Made by a program: the position numbers and the translations under genes
Origin: Anaeromyxobacter sp.
GTDB lineage: Bacteria > Myxococcota > Myxococcia > Myxococcales > Anaeromyxobacteraceae
Reading direction: 5' to 3'
DNA: 64,000 bases
Assembly: GCA_049840735.1 (NCBI GenBank)
Contig: JASGJN010000007.1
Location: forward strand, 1 to 64,000
In this document: positions 20,360-33,808 of the stretch, in pieces
Position numbering within the stretch: the stretch's first letter is position 1
How the letters are laid out: each line of letters begins with the position of its first letter
Notes under the pieces: model-generated
Seen by the model: only the letters and a program-made list of their open reading frames with translations
The model's database searches: none
Told to the model about the DNA's origin: nothing

Positions 20360-23280
20360 ATGCGTAGAGCCCTCGCCTGTCTCGCGGCCGTCTGCGCCGC
20401 CTTTTCGCTCCCAGTGAATGCGGCCACGGTCTCCACGGCCGGCGCGCTGCTCAAGGTCCGCCGGACGCAGGCGCCCACCGCCGGGCGCAGCGTGGCCCTC
20501 TCGGCCGCGCGCAACGAGTTCGAGGCCTTCCAGAATCCTGGTGACCGGCCCCGCCACCGGCGTGAAGGCGGTCGCCACCCCGCTCACGGCCGGCGCCACC
20601 AGCCTCGGCCCGGTGCGGCTGCACCGCGAGGCGCTCATCCGGATCGGCACGCAGTCGGCCCCGGACGCCATCGTGCCGGCCGGCGAGTACGTGCCCGACG
20701 CGCTGGTGCCGGACGTGGACGCGCTGGTGGGCGAGCAGCGCAACGCCTTCGTGGGCTTCAACGTCCCCGCCGGCGAGACGCGCGCCATCTGGGCCGAGGT
20801 CCACGTGCCCGCCACCGCGCCGGCCGGGGCCTACACCGGCACGGTGACCGTCACCTTCGCCGAGGGCAGCGCGGTCGTGCCGGTGACGCTCACGGTCTGG
20901 GACTTCGGCCTCCCCTCGAAGGCCTCGCTCAAGAGCGCGTTCGGCGTCTCCTACGGCACCATCCCGACCGGCCACGGCATCTCCACCGCCGGCGCCACCT
21001 TCCCGGCGCTGCGCGCCCGCTACGACCAGCTGGCGCTGGACCACCGCGTCTCCCTCTCGCCGCACGACGACGGCGTGGCCGGCACCGCCCACTTCGACGA
21101 GGCCTACGGCGCCCTGGTGGGCGGCACCGCCCCGACGCGGCTGGGCGGGGCGGCCCTGACCAGCGTCCAGTTCGTGGGCGGGCTGACCAGCGCCAGCGAG
21201 CTCAGGACCTGGTACGACCACTTCACGGCCATGGGCCTGGGGCGGCGACCGGCTGCTCCAGTACACCTGCGACGAACCCCCGGCCACCTGCGCCTGGACC
21301 GACATCCCGCCGCGCCTCAAGGCGGCCAAGGACGCCAACGCCGCCTACCGCACCCTCGTCACCACCTCGCTGGGCCAGATCAAGGACGCCGAGGCGCGGT
21401 ACAGCATCAGCATCCAGAAGGACCTGGAGCTGATCGTCCCGGTCATCAACCACCTGTGGGACCGGCCCGGGCAGCGCTACGCCGGGGCGCACTACCAGGA
21501 CTACGTGCCGTTCGTGCAGAGCGGCCCGCGCAAGGAGCTGTGGGCCTACCAGAGCTGCATGAGCCACGGCTGCGGCGGGACCAGCGACTACTTCACCGGC
21601 TGGCCCAGCTACATGATCGACGCCAGCCCGGTGCGGAACCGCGCCATGCAGTGGCTGGAGTACCTCTACGGCGTCACCGGCGAGGTCTACTTCGAGACCA
21701 CCATGGCGTACACGCACGACGCCTGGAACAACCAGTGGGACTTCACCGGCAACGGCGACGGGACGCTCTTCTATCCCGGCACGCCGGCGAAGATCGGCGG
21801 CACCACGCACATCCCGGTGGCCTCCATCCGGCTGGCGCTGATCCGCGAGGGCATGGAGGACTTCGAGTACCTGAAGCTGCTCTCCGACCTGGGCGATCGG
21901 GCCATGGCGCAGCGCGAGGCGCTGGCGCTCTTCCCCACCGCCTACCAGACCGAGCAGAGCCCGGACGCCCTGCTGGCCGCCCGGGCGCGCATCGCGCAGC
22001 GGATCGTGGCCCTGCGCACCGGCGCCGCCAGCCTCTCCGCCTCCGCGCCCTTCCAGCCCGCGCCGGCCTTCACCGGCGATCCGGCCGAGGTGCGGGGCCC
22101 GGCGGTGGCGCTCTCCGGCGCCGCGGCCGGCTCGGACGGTGCCGCCACGGTGCGGCTGGCCTACGACGCCGACGGGCTCTCGGCCAGCTGGGACGTGAAG
22201 GACGCCGCCATCGTGGTGAACCAGGGCGGCCGCGACGGCGAGGTCTGGAACGGCGACGCGGTGGAGCTGCTCCTGGACGTCGCCAACGACAAGGCCGCCA
22301 CGCTGGGCGCCAGCCACTACCACCTGCTGCTCAACGCCAGCGGCGACCTGACCGACGAGCGCGGCAACGCCGGCGCCTGGGACCGCAGCTGGACCTCCGG
22401 CGCCACCACGCAGGTGAAGCGCACCGCCACCGGCTGGGTGGCCGAGCTGCGCGTCCCCTGGGCCTCGCTGGGCGTCACGCCCTGCGCCGGGATCACGCTG
22501 GGGCTGGACCTCGCGGTGGACGACGTCGACGTGGCCGGCGGGCCGGTGAAGGCCTTCGACTGGGCCGCGCTCTCCCGCTTCGCGCAGCCCGCCCGCTGGG
22601 GCAACCTGGTCCTGTCGGCCACCGTGGCCGGGGACGTGCTGCCGGTGCAGCGCGCGCCCACCGCGCCGGTGATCGACGGCGACCTCTCCGAGTTCGCCCG
22701 CGCGCCGCTCGTCCCGCTCGACGCCGCCGCGGCCAGGGCCGGCTCGGACAACAAGGTCTCGGCGCGGCTGCTCCACGACGCCAGCAGGCTCTACGTGGGC
22801 TTCGTGGTGAGCGACGCCTCGCTGCGGATCACCCAGGGTGGCCGCGACGGCGAGGTCTGGAACGGCGACGGGATCGAGGTGCTGCTCGATCCGAAGCTGA
22901 CCCGCACCGCCGCGCCGGACGCCGACGACCGCCACGTGGTGGTGAACGCGAGCGGCGACCTGACCGACGAGAAGGGGAACGCCGGCAGCTGGGACCGCAG
23001 CTGGAGCTCCGGCGCCACCGTCGCCGTGGCCGGCCTCCCTGGGCGCTACACCGTCGAGCTGGCCATCCCGTGGACCGCGCTGGGCGTGGCCACCCCGGCC
23101 GCGGGGGCGGAGCTGGGGCTCGACCTGGCCGCGAACGACCTCGACCTGGACGGCCTGCTGCGCCAGTTCGACTGGGCCGGCCTGAGCCGCTTCGCCCAGC
23201 CGGCGCTCTGGAAGCGGGCCCGCTTCGACGCCCGCGCGCCGGCCTGCACCGGCTCGGCCACGCCGGCGCCGGGCTGGTAG
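20360..23280 (+). CDS. Secreted DUF4091/GH123-like protein with two CBM9-like domains; frameshifts at ~20535 and ~21240
   Basis: Signal peptide, ARNEFEAFQ, VTLTVWDF.LP, DEP, GDGTLFYPG and SIRLALIREGMEDFEYL. Two repeats of QGGRDGEVWNGD...ELL LD...ELRVPW. Confidence 0.8.
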
Positions 23281-23286
23281 GGCGGC

Positions 23287-23330
23287 GGGGAGGCCTCGGC
23301 CCACCGCGCGCATGGCCGAGGGCCTCCCCC
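23287..23330 (+). terminator. GC-rich hairpin after the DUF4091 gene
   Basis: GGGGAGGCCTCGGCC...GGCCGAGGGCCTCCCC; no U-tract. Confidence 0.45.
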
Positions 23331-23416
23331 CTGCGGGGTCCGCCCTCACCGCGGGTCACGGTCAGGAGCGGGCCCGCCGCGGCGCTTGCCCTCCTCGCGG
23401 AACTGTGGTGGGGTGC

Positions 23417-23437
23417 TAAAAACATCTCCGTGATTTA
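23417..23437. promoter_or_regulatory. Putative ROK repressor operator 1
   Basis: AT-rich TAAAAAC-N7-TGATTTA upstream of the ROK gene; matches the site at 25855. Confidence 0.5.
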
Positions 23438-23475
23438 AGCGCCCGTTCCGGACCCCGCCCGGGCCACAGGAAGCG

Positions 23476-24732
23476 ATGACCACCACCCGCCACCCGCCCC
23501 CCTCGCCACGCCGCACCGTCGGCTCCAACCAGGTGGGCATGCGCCAGTACAACGAGCGCGTGGTGCTGCAGGCCATCCGGCTGCGCGGCGCCCTGCCCAA
23601 GGCCGACCTGGCGCGCATCACGCGGCTCAGCACGCAGACCGCCTCCACCATCGTGGACACGCTGCTGGAGGACGGGCTGGTGGTCAAGCAGGAGCGGGTC
23701 CGCGGCCGGATTGGCCAGCCCTCGGTGCCCATCGCGCTCAACCCCGAGGGCGCGTTCACGGTGGGCATCAAGGTGGGCCGGCGCAGCCTGGACGTGCTGG
23801 CGCTGGACTTCCTGGGCCAGGTGCGCGCCCGGGAGTCGCTGGCCTACGAGCTGCCCGAGCCGAAGGTCATCTTCCCCGCCATCCGCAAGCGGCTGGCCGG
23901 CGTGAACGAGGTGCTGGGCCGGCACGCGCGCCGGGTGGTGGGCGTGGGCGTGGCCGCGCCGCTGGGCATCGGTGGCTGGGGCGACGTGCTGGGCGCGCCG
24001 CCGGGCGTGATGGAGGCCTGGGAGCACGTGGACATCGCCGCGCGGGTCCAGGAGATGACCAAGCTGCCGGTGGAGTTCGCCAAGGACACCACCGCGGCCT
24101 GCGCCGCCGAGCTGGTGGTCGGGCAGGGGCGGGAGCTGCGCAACTTCCTCTACGTCTTCATCGGCACCTTCATCGGCGGCGGCCTGGTGCTGGACGGCCG
24201 CCTCCACACCGGGCCGCACGGCAACGCCGGCGCGGTGGGGTCGATGCCGGTGCCGGGGCCGGAGCGCGTGCTGCGGCAGCTGCTGGACCGCGCCTCGGGG
24301 CTGCTGCTGGAGGAGCGGCTGCGCACGCTGGGATCCGAGCCCACCGCCGCGCACGACGAGCGGGCCCTCTCCAGCGCGCACTGGCCCACCACCCACGCCT
24401 GGGTGGACGAGACCAGCGCCGCCCTGGCGCCGCCGCTGGCCTCGGCCGCGGCGCTGCTCGACCTGGACGCGGTGGTCATCGACGGCTCCATGCACCGGCA
24501 GGTGATGAACGAGCTGGCCTCGCGGGTGGAGCGGGCCCTGGACCGGCAGGACTGGGAGGGCATGCGCCGGCCGCGGGTGGTGGTGGGCAGCGTGGGAGCG
24601 GACGCGCGCGCGCTGGGCGGCGCCATCCTGCCGCTCTACCGCCACTTCGCGCCGCTCCACGACCTGTTCCTCAAGAGCGAGCCCGACGAGCCCCGCGCCG
24701 CGCCGGGCCGCGCCCGCGCGGAGGCGACATGA
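23476..24732 (+). CDS. ROK family transcriptional regulator (FrcR-like)
   Basis: N-terminal HTH (NERVVLQAIR, KADLARITRLSTQT) and FIGTFIGGGLVLDG...GNAG. Confidence 0.9.
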   Translation: MTTTRHPPPSPRRTVGSNQVGMRQYNERVVLQAIRLRGALPKADLARITRLSTQTASTIVDTLLEDGLVVKQERVRGRIGQPSVPIALNPEGAFTVGIKVGRRSLDVLALDFLGQVRARESLAYELPEPKVIFPAIRKRLAGVNEVLGRHARRVVGVGVAAPLGIGGWGDVLGAPPGVMEAWEHVDIAARVQEMTKLPVEFAKDTTAACAAELVVGQGRELRNFLYVFIGTFIGGGLVLDGRLHTGPHGNAGAVGSMPVPGPERVLRQLLDRASGLLLEERLRTLGSEPTAAHDERALSSAHWPTTHAWVDETSAALAPPLASAAALLDLDAVVIDGSMHRQVMNELASRVERALDRQDWEGMRRPRVVVGSVGADARALGGAILPLYRHFAPLHDLFLKSEPDEPRAAPGRARAEAT

Positions 24733-25643
24733 GCGGCACGCGGTTCGTGGTCTTCGGCGAGGCGCTGACCGACTTCATCCGCGAGCCGGACGGGCGCTGG
24801 CGCTCGGTGCCGGGCGGCTCCTGCTGGAACGTGGCCCGCGCCGCGGCGCGGCTGGGCGTGCCCACCGGCTACGCCGGCGGCGTCAGCCGCGACTTCTTCG
24901 GCGACGACCACCTGCGCCTGCTCCGCGAGGCCGGGGCCGACCTGCGCTTCACCCAGCAGCTGGCGCGGTCGCCGCTCTTGGCCATGGTCTGGTCCAGCGC
25001 GCCGCCCCGCTACTTCTTCGTGGGCGACGACTCGGCCGACCTGAACTACGACCTCTCCCGCCTGCCTGCCGGCTGGCTCGAGGCGGCCGAGATCGTCCAC
25101 TTCGGCTGCATCAGCCTGGTGCGCGAGCCGCACGCCACGCGGCTGGTGCAGGTGGCCGAGCAGGTCCACGCGGCCGGCAAGCGGATCTGCCTCGACCCCA
25201 ACTACCGCAACCTGATGGGCCCGGAGTTCCTCCCGCGGCTGGCGCACCTGGCCGGCCTGGCCGACTACGTGAAGGTCTCGGAGGAGGACCTGGGGCTCAT
25301 CTTCCCCGGCCTGGCGCGCGAGGCGGCGCTGGCCCGGCTGCGCGCCCTGGCGCCGCGGGCGCAGCTGCTGCTGACGCTGGGCGGCGAGGGGATGCGGCTG
25401 CTCACGCCGGAGCGCGAGCTCTTCCAGCCGGCGTTCCGCGTCGAGGTGAAGGACACGGTGGGCGCGGGCGACTGCAGCATGGCGGCCTGGATGGCCAGCC
25501 TGCTCACCCGCCCGGACGCGCCGCCGGAGGAGCACGTCCGGCTGGCGGCCGCCGCGGCGGGGGTGGTCTGCACCCGGGCCGGGGCCTACGCGCCGACGCG
25601 CGACGAGGTCGAGGCGCTGATGGGCGCCCAGCCCTCCCCCTGA
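24729..25643 (+). CDS. PfkB family carbohydrate kinase (fructokinase-like)
   Basis: GEALTD, PGGSCWNVA, DPNYR and DTVGAGD motifs. Confidence 0.92.
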   Translation: MSGTRFVVFGEALTDFIREPDGRWRSVPGGSCWNVARAAARLGVPTGYAGGVSRDFFGDDHLRLLREAGADLRFTQQLARSPLLAMVWSSAPPRYFFVGDDSADLNYDLSRLPAGWLEAAEIVHFGCISLVREPHATRLVQVAEQVHAAGKRICLDPNYRNLMGPEFLPRLAHLAGLADYVKVSEEDLGLIFPGLAREAALARLRALAPRAQLLLTLGGEGMRLLTPERELFQPAFRVEVKDTVGAGDCSMAAWMASLLTRPDAPPEEHVRLAAAAAGVVCTRAGAYAPTRDEVEALMGAQPSP

Positions 25644-25854
25644 CGCGGCCCGCCGCGGCCAACCCCGCGCGCCCTGGGGCCGTCGTGGGCGCGAGCCCTC
25701 CGGGGATCCCCCAACGAGGCCACGAGACGCCGCTGAAAGGCGCGCCGCGCCTCGGCATGTTCGCGGCCGGTGGGCCGTGCTGACCGTGTACCCACCGGCG
25801 ACGCCAAACACTCCTTGCGCAGGGCAGGGGATCGGCTCTAAGGTTCGACTCGAC

Positions 25855-25875
25855 TAAATCAGGCAGCGAGATATA
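25855..25875. promoter_or_regulatory. Putative ROK repressor operator 2
   Basis: TAAATCA-N7-AGATATA upstream of the sugar-binding protein gene. Confidence 0.5.
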
Positions 25876-25952
25876 AGCCCCACCGGCGCTCCGCCCTGTG
25901 GCCTCGTCGTCGGCGCCCAACCGAAGGTGAAGCAACCCCAAGAGGAGAATCC

Positions 25953-26948
25953 ATGATCCGGAAGCTCGCGCTGCTCGTCGCGTCGTTCACGCTGCTCTCC
26001 GCCGGCCAGGCCCTCGCCGCGGACGCCCCCACCGTCGGCCTGATCACCAAGACCGAGACCAACCCCTTCTTCGTGAAGATGCGCGAGGGCGCGTCGGAGG
26101 AGGCGAAGAAGCTCGGCGCCAAGCTGCTCACCGGCGCCGGCGCCAAGGACGGTGACAACGAGGGCCAGGTCACGGCGATGGAGAACATGATCAACGCCGG
26201 CGCCAAGGGCATCCTCATCACCCCCAGCGACACCAAGGCCATCGTCCCGGCCATCGCGCGCGCCCGGAAGCAGGGCGTGGTGGTCATCGCCCTCGACACC
26301 GCCACCGAGCCGCAGAGCGCGGTGGACGCGCTCTTCGCCACCAACAACTTCAACGCCGGCCTGCTGATCGGCCAGTGGGCCAAGGCGGCGGTCAAGAAGC
26401 CGGTCATCGCCACGCTGGACCTGGCGCCCGGCATCACCGTCGGCGCCCAGCGCCACAACGGCTTCCTCCAGGGCATGGGGCTGGCCAAGGCCGACCCCAA
26501 CTCCTCCGACCTGGTGACCGCGGCGGCCGTGGTCTGCAGCCAGGACACCCACGGTGATCAGGCCGAGGGCCAGGCGGCCATGGAGAACTGCCTCTCCAAG
26601 AACCCGGACATCAACCTCGTCTACACCATCAACGAGCCGGCCGCGTTCGGCGCCTACACCGCCATCAAGGCCGCCGGGAAGGAGAAGCAGATCACCATCG
26701 TCAGCGTGGACGGCGGCTGCCGCGGCGTGCAGGGCGTGGTGGACGGCAAGATCGCCGCCACCTCCCAGCAGTACCCGCTCAAGATGGCCACCATGGGCGT
26801 CGCCGCCATCGTGAAGTACGCGCAGTCCGGCGCCAAGCCCACCGGCTACACCGACACCGGCGTGACCCTCATCACGGACAAGGCGCAGGGCGGCGTGGAG
26901 AGCAAGGACTCGAAGTACGGCACCGCCAACTGCTGGGGCACCAAGTAA
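25953..26948 (+). CDS. Sugar ABC transporter substrate-binding protein (FrcB-like)
   Basis: Signal peptide; LITKTETNPFFVKM, VYTINEP, SVDGGC and SQQYPLKM motifs. Confidence 0.92.
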   Translation: MIRKLALLVASFTLLSAGQALAADAPTVGLITKTETNPFFVKMREGASEEAKKLGAKLLTGAGAKDGDNEGQVTAMENMINAGAKGILITPSDTKAIVPAIARARKQGVVVIALDTATEPQSAVDALFATNNFNAGLLIGQWAKAAVKKPVIATLDLAPGITVGAQRHNGFLQGMGLAKADPNSSDLVTAAAVVCSQDTHGDQAEGQAAMENCLSKNPDINLVYTINEPAAFGAYTAIKAAGKEKQITIVSVDGGCRGVQGVVDGKIAATSQQYPLKMATMGVAAIVKYAQSGAKPTGYTDTGVTLITDKAQGGVESKDSKYGTANCWGTK

Positions 26949-26954
26949 CGGGAC

Positions 26955-26993
26955 CGGCCGGAGGCGGCGGCGGGTGCCGCCGCCTCCCGGCCG
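26955..26993 (+). other. Intercistronic stem-loop after the binding-protein gene
   Basis: CGGCCGGAGGCGGCGGC-GGGT-GCCGCCGCCTCCCGGCCG. Confidence 0.6.
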
Positions 26994-27009
26994 CCGAGGA
27001 GGAACGACC

Positions 27010-28002
27010 ATGGCCGTCGCCGCCACCCCCAGCGTCGCCTCGCACCGCCCCAGCCTCGGAGCCATCCTGCGCGGAACGCCCGTGCTCGGGCCGCTGGCCG
27101 CGCTCCTCCTCGCCTGCACCTTCTTCGCCACCCAGAGCGACCGCTTCCTCTCAGGCGGCAACTTCTCCTTCATCCTGCAGCAGGTGATGGTGACCGGCAC
27201 GCTGGCCATCGGCCAGACGCTGGTGATCCTGACGGGCGGCATCGACCTCGCCTGCGGCATGATCATGGCGCTCACCTCGGTGCTGGTGACCGGCCTGGTG
27301 GCCAACTCCGGCGTGCACCCGGTGGTGGCGGTGCTGGCCGGCATCGCCGTGTGCGTGGCGTTCGGGGTGCTGCATGGCTGGTTGGTCACGGCCATCGGCC
27401 TGCCGCCCTTCATCGTCACGCTGGGCACGTACAACATCGCCTACTCGCTGGTGCGCATCTACACCACCTCCACGGTCACCAACGTCCCGGACGCGTTCAC
27501 CTTCTTCGGCAACACCTTCCTGATCGGCTCGACCCCCATCACCTACGGCACGGTGCTGATGCTGGTCATGTTCGCGGTGGCAGCCTTCGTGCTCGGCTCC
27601 ACCAGCGCCGGCCGCGCCGTCTACGCGGTGGGCGACAACCCGGAGGCCGCCCGCCTGGCCGGCATCCGCACCTCGCGCGTGCTGATCGCGGTCTACACGG
27701 TGGCGGCGCTCTTCTACGGCGCCGCCGGCATGCTGCTGGTGGCGCGCATGGGCGTGGGCGACCCGCAGGCCGGGCAGAGCGGCAACCTCGACAGCATCAC
27801 CGCGGTGGTGCTGGGCGGCACCAGCCTGCTGGGCGGCCGCGGGCAGATCCTGGGCACGCTGCTGGGGGCGGTGATCGTGGGCGTGTTCCGCAACGGCCTG
27901 CAGCTCATGGGCGTGAACGTGAACTTCCAGACGCTCATCACCGGCGTGCTGGTGATCCTGGCGGTGTCGGTGGACTACCTCTCGCACCGGGCCACCAAGT
28001 AG
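27010..28002 (+). CDS. Sugar ABC transporter permease (FrcC/RbsC-like)
   Basis: [28 protein letters not shown] and [11 protein letters not shown] motifs. Confidence 0.93.
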   Translation: MAVAATPSVASHRPSLGAILRGTPVLGPLAALLLACTFFATQSDRFLSGGNFSFILQQVMVTGTLAIGQTLVILTGGIDLACGMIMALTSVLVTGLVANSGVHPVVAVLAGIAVCVAFGVLHGWLVTAIGLPPFIVTLGTYNIAYSLVRIYTTSTVTNVPDAFTFFGNTFLIGSTPITYGTVLMLVMFAVAAFVLGSTSAGRAVYAVGDNPEAARLAGIRTSRVLIAVYTVAALFYGAAGMLLVARMGVGDPQAGQSGNLDSITAVVLGGTSLLGGRGQILGTLLGAVIVGVFRNGLQLMGVNVNFQTLITGVLVILAVSVDYLSHRATK

Positions 28003-28016
28003 CGCCGAGGACGGCC

Positions 28017-29517
<1,501 letters not shown>

Positions 29518-29665
29518 GGCGCCGCTCGGCCCACGCCAGCCAGGCGAGGACGGGCGGCACCGGCCGTCCATGCGCCCGCTCGACGTGCAGGCATCCAGCC
29601 CCCGCGCCGCGCGCCGCCTGCCGCGGCGCCGCCGGGGCCGCAGCTTCACCGCGGGAGGCGGCGTC

Positions 29666-30226
29666 ATGGCGGGCAGCGGCAAGGGACGAGGCCCAGGCGG
29701 GCAGCGGCCGGACGGGGTGAGCGGCCGCTCCACGCCGGACGACGAGGTGGGGCTCGAGGTGGACGTCTCGCCCGGCGAGCTCCTGGCCGCGCTGGCGCGG
29801 CTGGACCTGGAGGCGGCGCTTGCGCACGAGGCCGCAGCCGAGGCCTGCGAGGACCAGGCGCTGGCGGAGCGGCTGCGGGGGTTCGCCGCGGATCACCGCC
29901 GGCACCTGGCGCGGCTGGCGCCGCTGCTCGCGGCGGAGGGCGAGGCGCCGCTGGACGAGGCGCGCCCCGGGGCGCCGCTGCTGCGCGGCCTGATCCTGGT
30001 GGCGGCGCCGCTGGGGCCGGAGGTGCTGCTGGCCGCGCTCATCGCCGACGAGCAGCTGACCAACCTCAGCTACGAGGGGGCGCTGGCCTACGAGTGGGAG
30101 GCCGACGTGGAGGCGGTGGTGCTGGCCTGCCGCGCCGACGAGGAGCGCCACTTCGCCTGGCTGGCCGAGCGGCACGACGCCCTGGGCACCCGGCCGCCGC
30201 CGGCCGGGCACCCGGACGCGAGCTAG
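29666..30226 (+). CDS. Ferritin-like domain protein
   Basis: Helical protein with [13 protein letters not shown] and DEERH motifs; GGGAGG RBS. Confidence 0.7.
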   Translation: MAGSGKGRGPGGQRPDGVSGRSTPDDEVGLEVDVSPGELLAALARLDLEAALAHEAAAEACEDQALAERLRGFAADHRRHLARLAPLLAAEGEAPLDEARPGAPLLRGLILVAAPLGPEVLLAALIADEQLTNLSYEGALAYEWEADVEAVVLACRADEERHFAWLAERHDALGTRPPPAGHPDAS

Positions 30227-30261
30227 CGGGGCGGAGCGGCAGGCCCGAGGCCGACCCGGAT

Positions 30262-30313
30262 CCGGTCAGCCTGGGCATAGCCACGCCGGAGACGTGGCGG
30301 AGTCGAAGGCCGG
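30262..30313 (+). repeat. Palindromic repeat copy (divergent)
   Basis: CCGGTCAGCCTGGGCATAGCCACG...CGTGGCGGAGTCGAAGGCCGG, between convergent genes. Confidence 0.7.
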
Positions 30314-30330
30314 GGCGCTGGCTGGGCAGG

Positions 30331-33048
30331 TCAGAAGTCCCTGACCACCGCGTCGTCGTCCATGGGGAAGGGGTCCGCAGGCGCCGCCCCCCGCGCGCGG
30401 GGGGCCGCGGGGGCCGCGCGCCGGGCGGCCGCCGGCGCAGGCAGGGCCGCCGCCCGCCGGGCCGGCTTCACGGCCGCGTGGCCACGCTCCAGCTGGAAGG
30501 TGCCCACCATCGCCGCCAGCTCCTCCGACTGGCCGGAGAGCTCGCTGGCGGCGGAGGAGGACTCCTCGGCGCTGGCGGCGTTCTGCTGCGTGACCTTGTC
30601 CATCTCGGAGATGGCGGCGTTGACCTGGTTCAGGCCGGTGGCCTGCTCGCGCGCGGCGGCGGCGATCTCGGTGACGATGTCGCTCACCTTCGAGACGCCC
30701 TGGACGATCTCGTCCAGCTTGCCCGCCACCTGCTTCGCCGCCCCCTCGCCCTCGGCGGCCTGGCGCACCGAGCCGCGGATCAGCTCCTCGGTCTTGGCGG
30801 CCGCCTCCTTGGCGCGCAGGGCCAGGGAGCGGACCTCCTCGGCCACCACCGCGAAGCCGCGGCCGGCCTCGCCGGCCCGGGCGGCCTCGACCGCGGCGTT
30901 GAGCGCCAGCAGGTTGGTCTGGAAGGCGATGTCCGAGACGTCGCGGATGATTCTGCGAGGTCCCCTCCGCCGAGGCCTTGATGCGCCCCATGGCGCCCTG
31001 CAGCTGCTCCACCGCGCCGGCGCCGTCGGCCGCCGCGGCGCGGGCCGTGGTGGCCAGCGCGTGGGCCTGCTGCGCGTGATCCGAGGCCTGGCGCGCCATG
31101 CTGGAGACGGACTCCACCGAGGCGCCGGTCTCCTCCAGCGAGGAGGCCTGCTCGGACGCGCCGCTGGCCACCGCCTGCGAGGAGGAGGCGATCTGCGTGG
31201 CAGCGCCCGACACCTGCTCCACCGCGCCCGAGACCTGGACGAGCGCGTCGTGCAGCGCCTCGGCGGTGGCGTTGGTGGCCTGGGGGATGCGGGCGTGATC
31301 GCCCTGGAAGCGCCCCTGCACCCGCGCGCGCAGGTCGCGGCGGGCCAGCCGCTCCAGCACGCCGGCGGCCTCCTGCACCGGCGCCAGCACGGCGTCCAGC
31401 GTCTGGTTCACCCCCTCCACGATCTTGCGGAACTCGCCCTGGTGGTGCGCGGCCTCGGCGCGGCTCTCCAGCCGGCCCGCCACGGCGGCCTGCAGCAGGC
31501 CGTCGGCGTCGGTGACCAGGCGCTGCACCGCCTCGATGCAGCCGTTCACGCCCTGGCGCAGCTTGGCCAGGTCGCCGGCCCAGGCCTGGGTGACGGGCGC
31601 CGGCAGCTGCCCGCGGGCCACCTGCTCCACGCAGGCGGTGGCCACGTCGATGGGCCCGATGACCGCGTCCAGCGTGGCGTTGACCCCCTCCACGATGGCG
31701 CGGAAGTCGCCCTGGTGGCGGCTGGCGTCGGCGCGGGTGGAGAGCTGCCCCTCCGCCGCGGCCCGGGCCAGCCGCGAGGCGTCGGAGACCAGCGCGTTGA
31801 CCGAGGCGATGCAGGTGTTGAGGTTCCGCTGCAGCAGCGCGAAGTCGCCGCGCCAGGGCTCGGTCACCGGGGCCGGGATGGCGCCGCGGGCGATGGCGTC
31901 CACGCAGCGCGAGGCGGCCTCGAGCGGGCCCACCACCGCGTCGAGCGTGGCGTTGACGCCCTCCACGATGCGGCGGAACTCGCCCTGGTGCCGGGCGGTG
32001 TCGGCGCGGACGGCCAGCCGGCCCTCGGCGCCGGCCTCGGCCAGGCGGCGGGTGTCCTCGACCAGCGCGCCCACCGAGGCGCAGGAGCGGTTGAGCGCCT
32101 CCTTCATGCGCTCGAAGTCGCCCTGGTAGGGCTCGGTGATGGGGGCGGATCTCGCCGCGCGACAGCCGCGCCAGCTGGTCCACCGCGACCGCCACCGGGC
32201 GGGAGAAGGCCTCGAAGGTCTCGTTCATGCCGGCCACGATGGGCCGGAACTCCGGGACGATCGCCTCCACGTCGCCGCGCACGTCCAGCCGGCCGGCGCT
32301 GGCCGCCTCGGTCAGGCGGCGCGACTCGTCCAGCACCTGCATCAGGGGCCGGGAGATGCTGCGCGCGAGCCAGACGGCGGCGAGCGAGGCCAGCGCGGCG
32401 GCCAGCAGCGTGAAGAGCGCGATGGCGATCTCGATCGCTGCGCGCCTCGGCCTCTCCTTTCTCGCGCTCCGCCTGGACCAGCTGGTCGATGTCGTCGACG
32501 TAGTTGCCGGCGCCGATCACCCAGCCGAACGGCTCGAAGGCCACGGTGTAGGCCCGCTTCGGCAGCGGCGCCGAGCCCTGCGCCCGCGGCCAGACGTAGT
32601 CGGTGAAGCCGCCGCCCGGCTTGCGCCCGTTCTCGATCAGCTTGGACACCACCGGCAGGCCGTTCGCGTCATGGGCGTCGATGCGGCTCTTGCCCTCCAC
32701 CGGCTTGCCCAGCAGCACCACGTTCACGCCGTCGTAGGTGTCGGCCCAGAAGTAGTTGTCGTCGCCGAAGCGAAGGGAGCGCAGCAGGTCCGCGCCGTCC
32801 TTGCGCGCCTGCTCGGGGGTGAGCTCGCCGCGGTCGGCGCGGGCGGCGACGGCGGCCAGCATCGAGGTCGCGGTCTCCACCTGCGCCCGCGCGCTGCGGT
32901 CGAAGCTGTCCCGGAGCGAGACCTCGAGCTCGGCGAGGTGACGCTCGGTCGCCTGGCTGTTGCGGTAGGCCGTCCCGGCGCAGACCAGCACGCCGACGGC
33001 CAGCGCGGCGCCGGCGCCCAGCAGGACGATCTTGGTGCGGAGGATCAT
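30331..33048 (-). CDS. Methyl-accepting chemotaxis protein with sCache_2 sensor and poly-HAMP; frameshifts at ~32435, ~32145 and ~30951
   Basis: Cache domain ([33 protein letters not shown]), HAMP repeats, signalling domain and C-terminus [12 protein letters not shown], spread over four frames. Confidence 0.92.
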
Positions 33049-33074
33049 GTGTGCGCTCCCGGGCGGGGCCGGAT

Positions 33075-33091
33075 TGCAGCGGTTGGGCCAG
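33075..33091 (-). promoter_or_regulatory. Putative sigma54 promoter of MCP2
   Basis: CTGGCCCAACCGCTGCA = GG-N10-GC, about 27 bp before the ATG. Confidence 0.5.
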
Positions 33092-33359
33092 CCGTCCCTG
33101 GGGGCACGCGCGCGGTCCTCGGCCCGGATCCAGTGGGTTTCCAGGCGCAGCTCCCGCCGACGGGCGCCTGAGTGAAGGGGCACCCCGGTACGCCTCCGCG
33201 ACCCGCCCCGGGTTCTCGGCGCCAACGCCTCCTGGGTCCGGTGAGGAGCTTCTCCCCGCACGCAAGGGTGAGGCCGTTCGCCCGACACACCAGTGAGCTG
33301 CCGTGTGTGCGTGCGCCTGCTTAGCTGCCCCACGTTGCCACCCACCTGGAGGAACCTGC

Positions 33360-33806
33360 ATGCGCACATCATGGGCGCCTGCTGCGGCGATGCTCGCCGC
33401 GCTGGCGATCGCCGTACCGAGCCTGGCCGAAGCCCAGCACGTCGCGAAGGGCAAGAAGAAGGCTGACGTCGAGGTAGACACCCCCGCCACCGCGGCGGTG
33501 GACGAGTCGGGGCGGCTGCGCGCGCCCACCCGCGAGGAGCTGGAGGCGCTCTCGGCGGCCACCGCGGCGCTGGTCAACGAGTCCACCGAGGGGCTCACCC
33601 CGGTGCAGCTCCCGGACGGCTCACGCGTGGTGAACCTGGAGGATCACTTCCAGAGCGTGGCCGTGGCCACCACCCGCGGGGCGAAGGTGGACGCCCGCTG
33701 CGTGACCAGCCCGGAGGAGGCCCGCGCCCTGGCGCAGCCGACCCCGCCGGTCCGGAAGTCCGACCCACCACTCCAGCCGGCCACCCCCGCTCTCGAGGAG
33801 CGCTGA
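33360..33806 (+). CDS. Small secreted protein coupled to the protease gene
   Basis: Signal peptide, GRLRAPTREE...GLTPVQLPDGSRVVNLEDHF; GGAGG RBS; 2 bp from the next ATG. Confidence 0.75.
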   Translation: MRTSWAPAAAMLAALAIAVPSLAEAQHVAKGKKKADVEVDTPATAAVDESGRLRAPTREELEALSAATAALVNESTEGLTPVQLPDGSRVVNLEDHFQSVAVATTRGAKVDARCVTSPEEARALAQPTPPVRKSDPPLQPATPALEER

Positions 33807-33808
33807 CC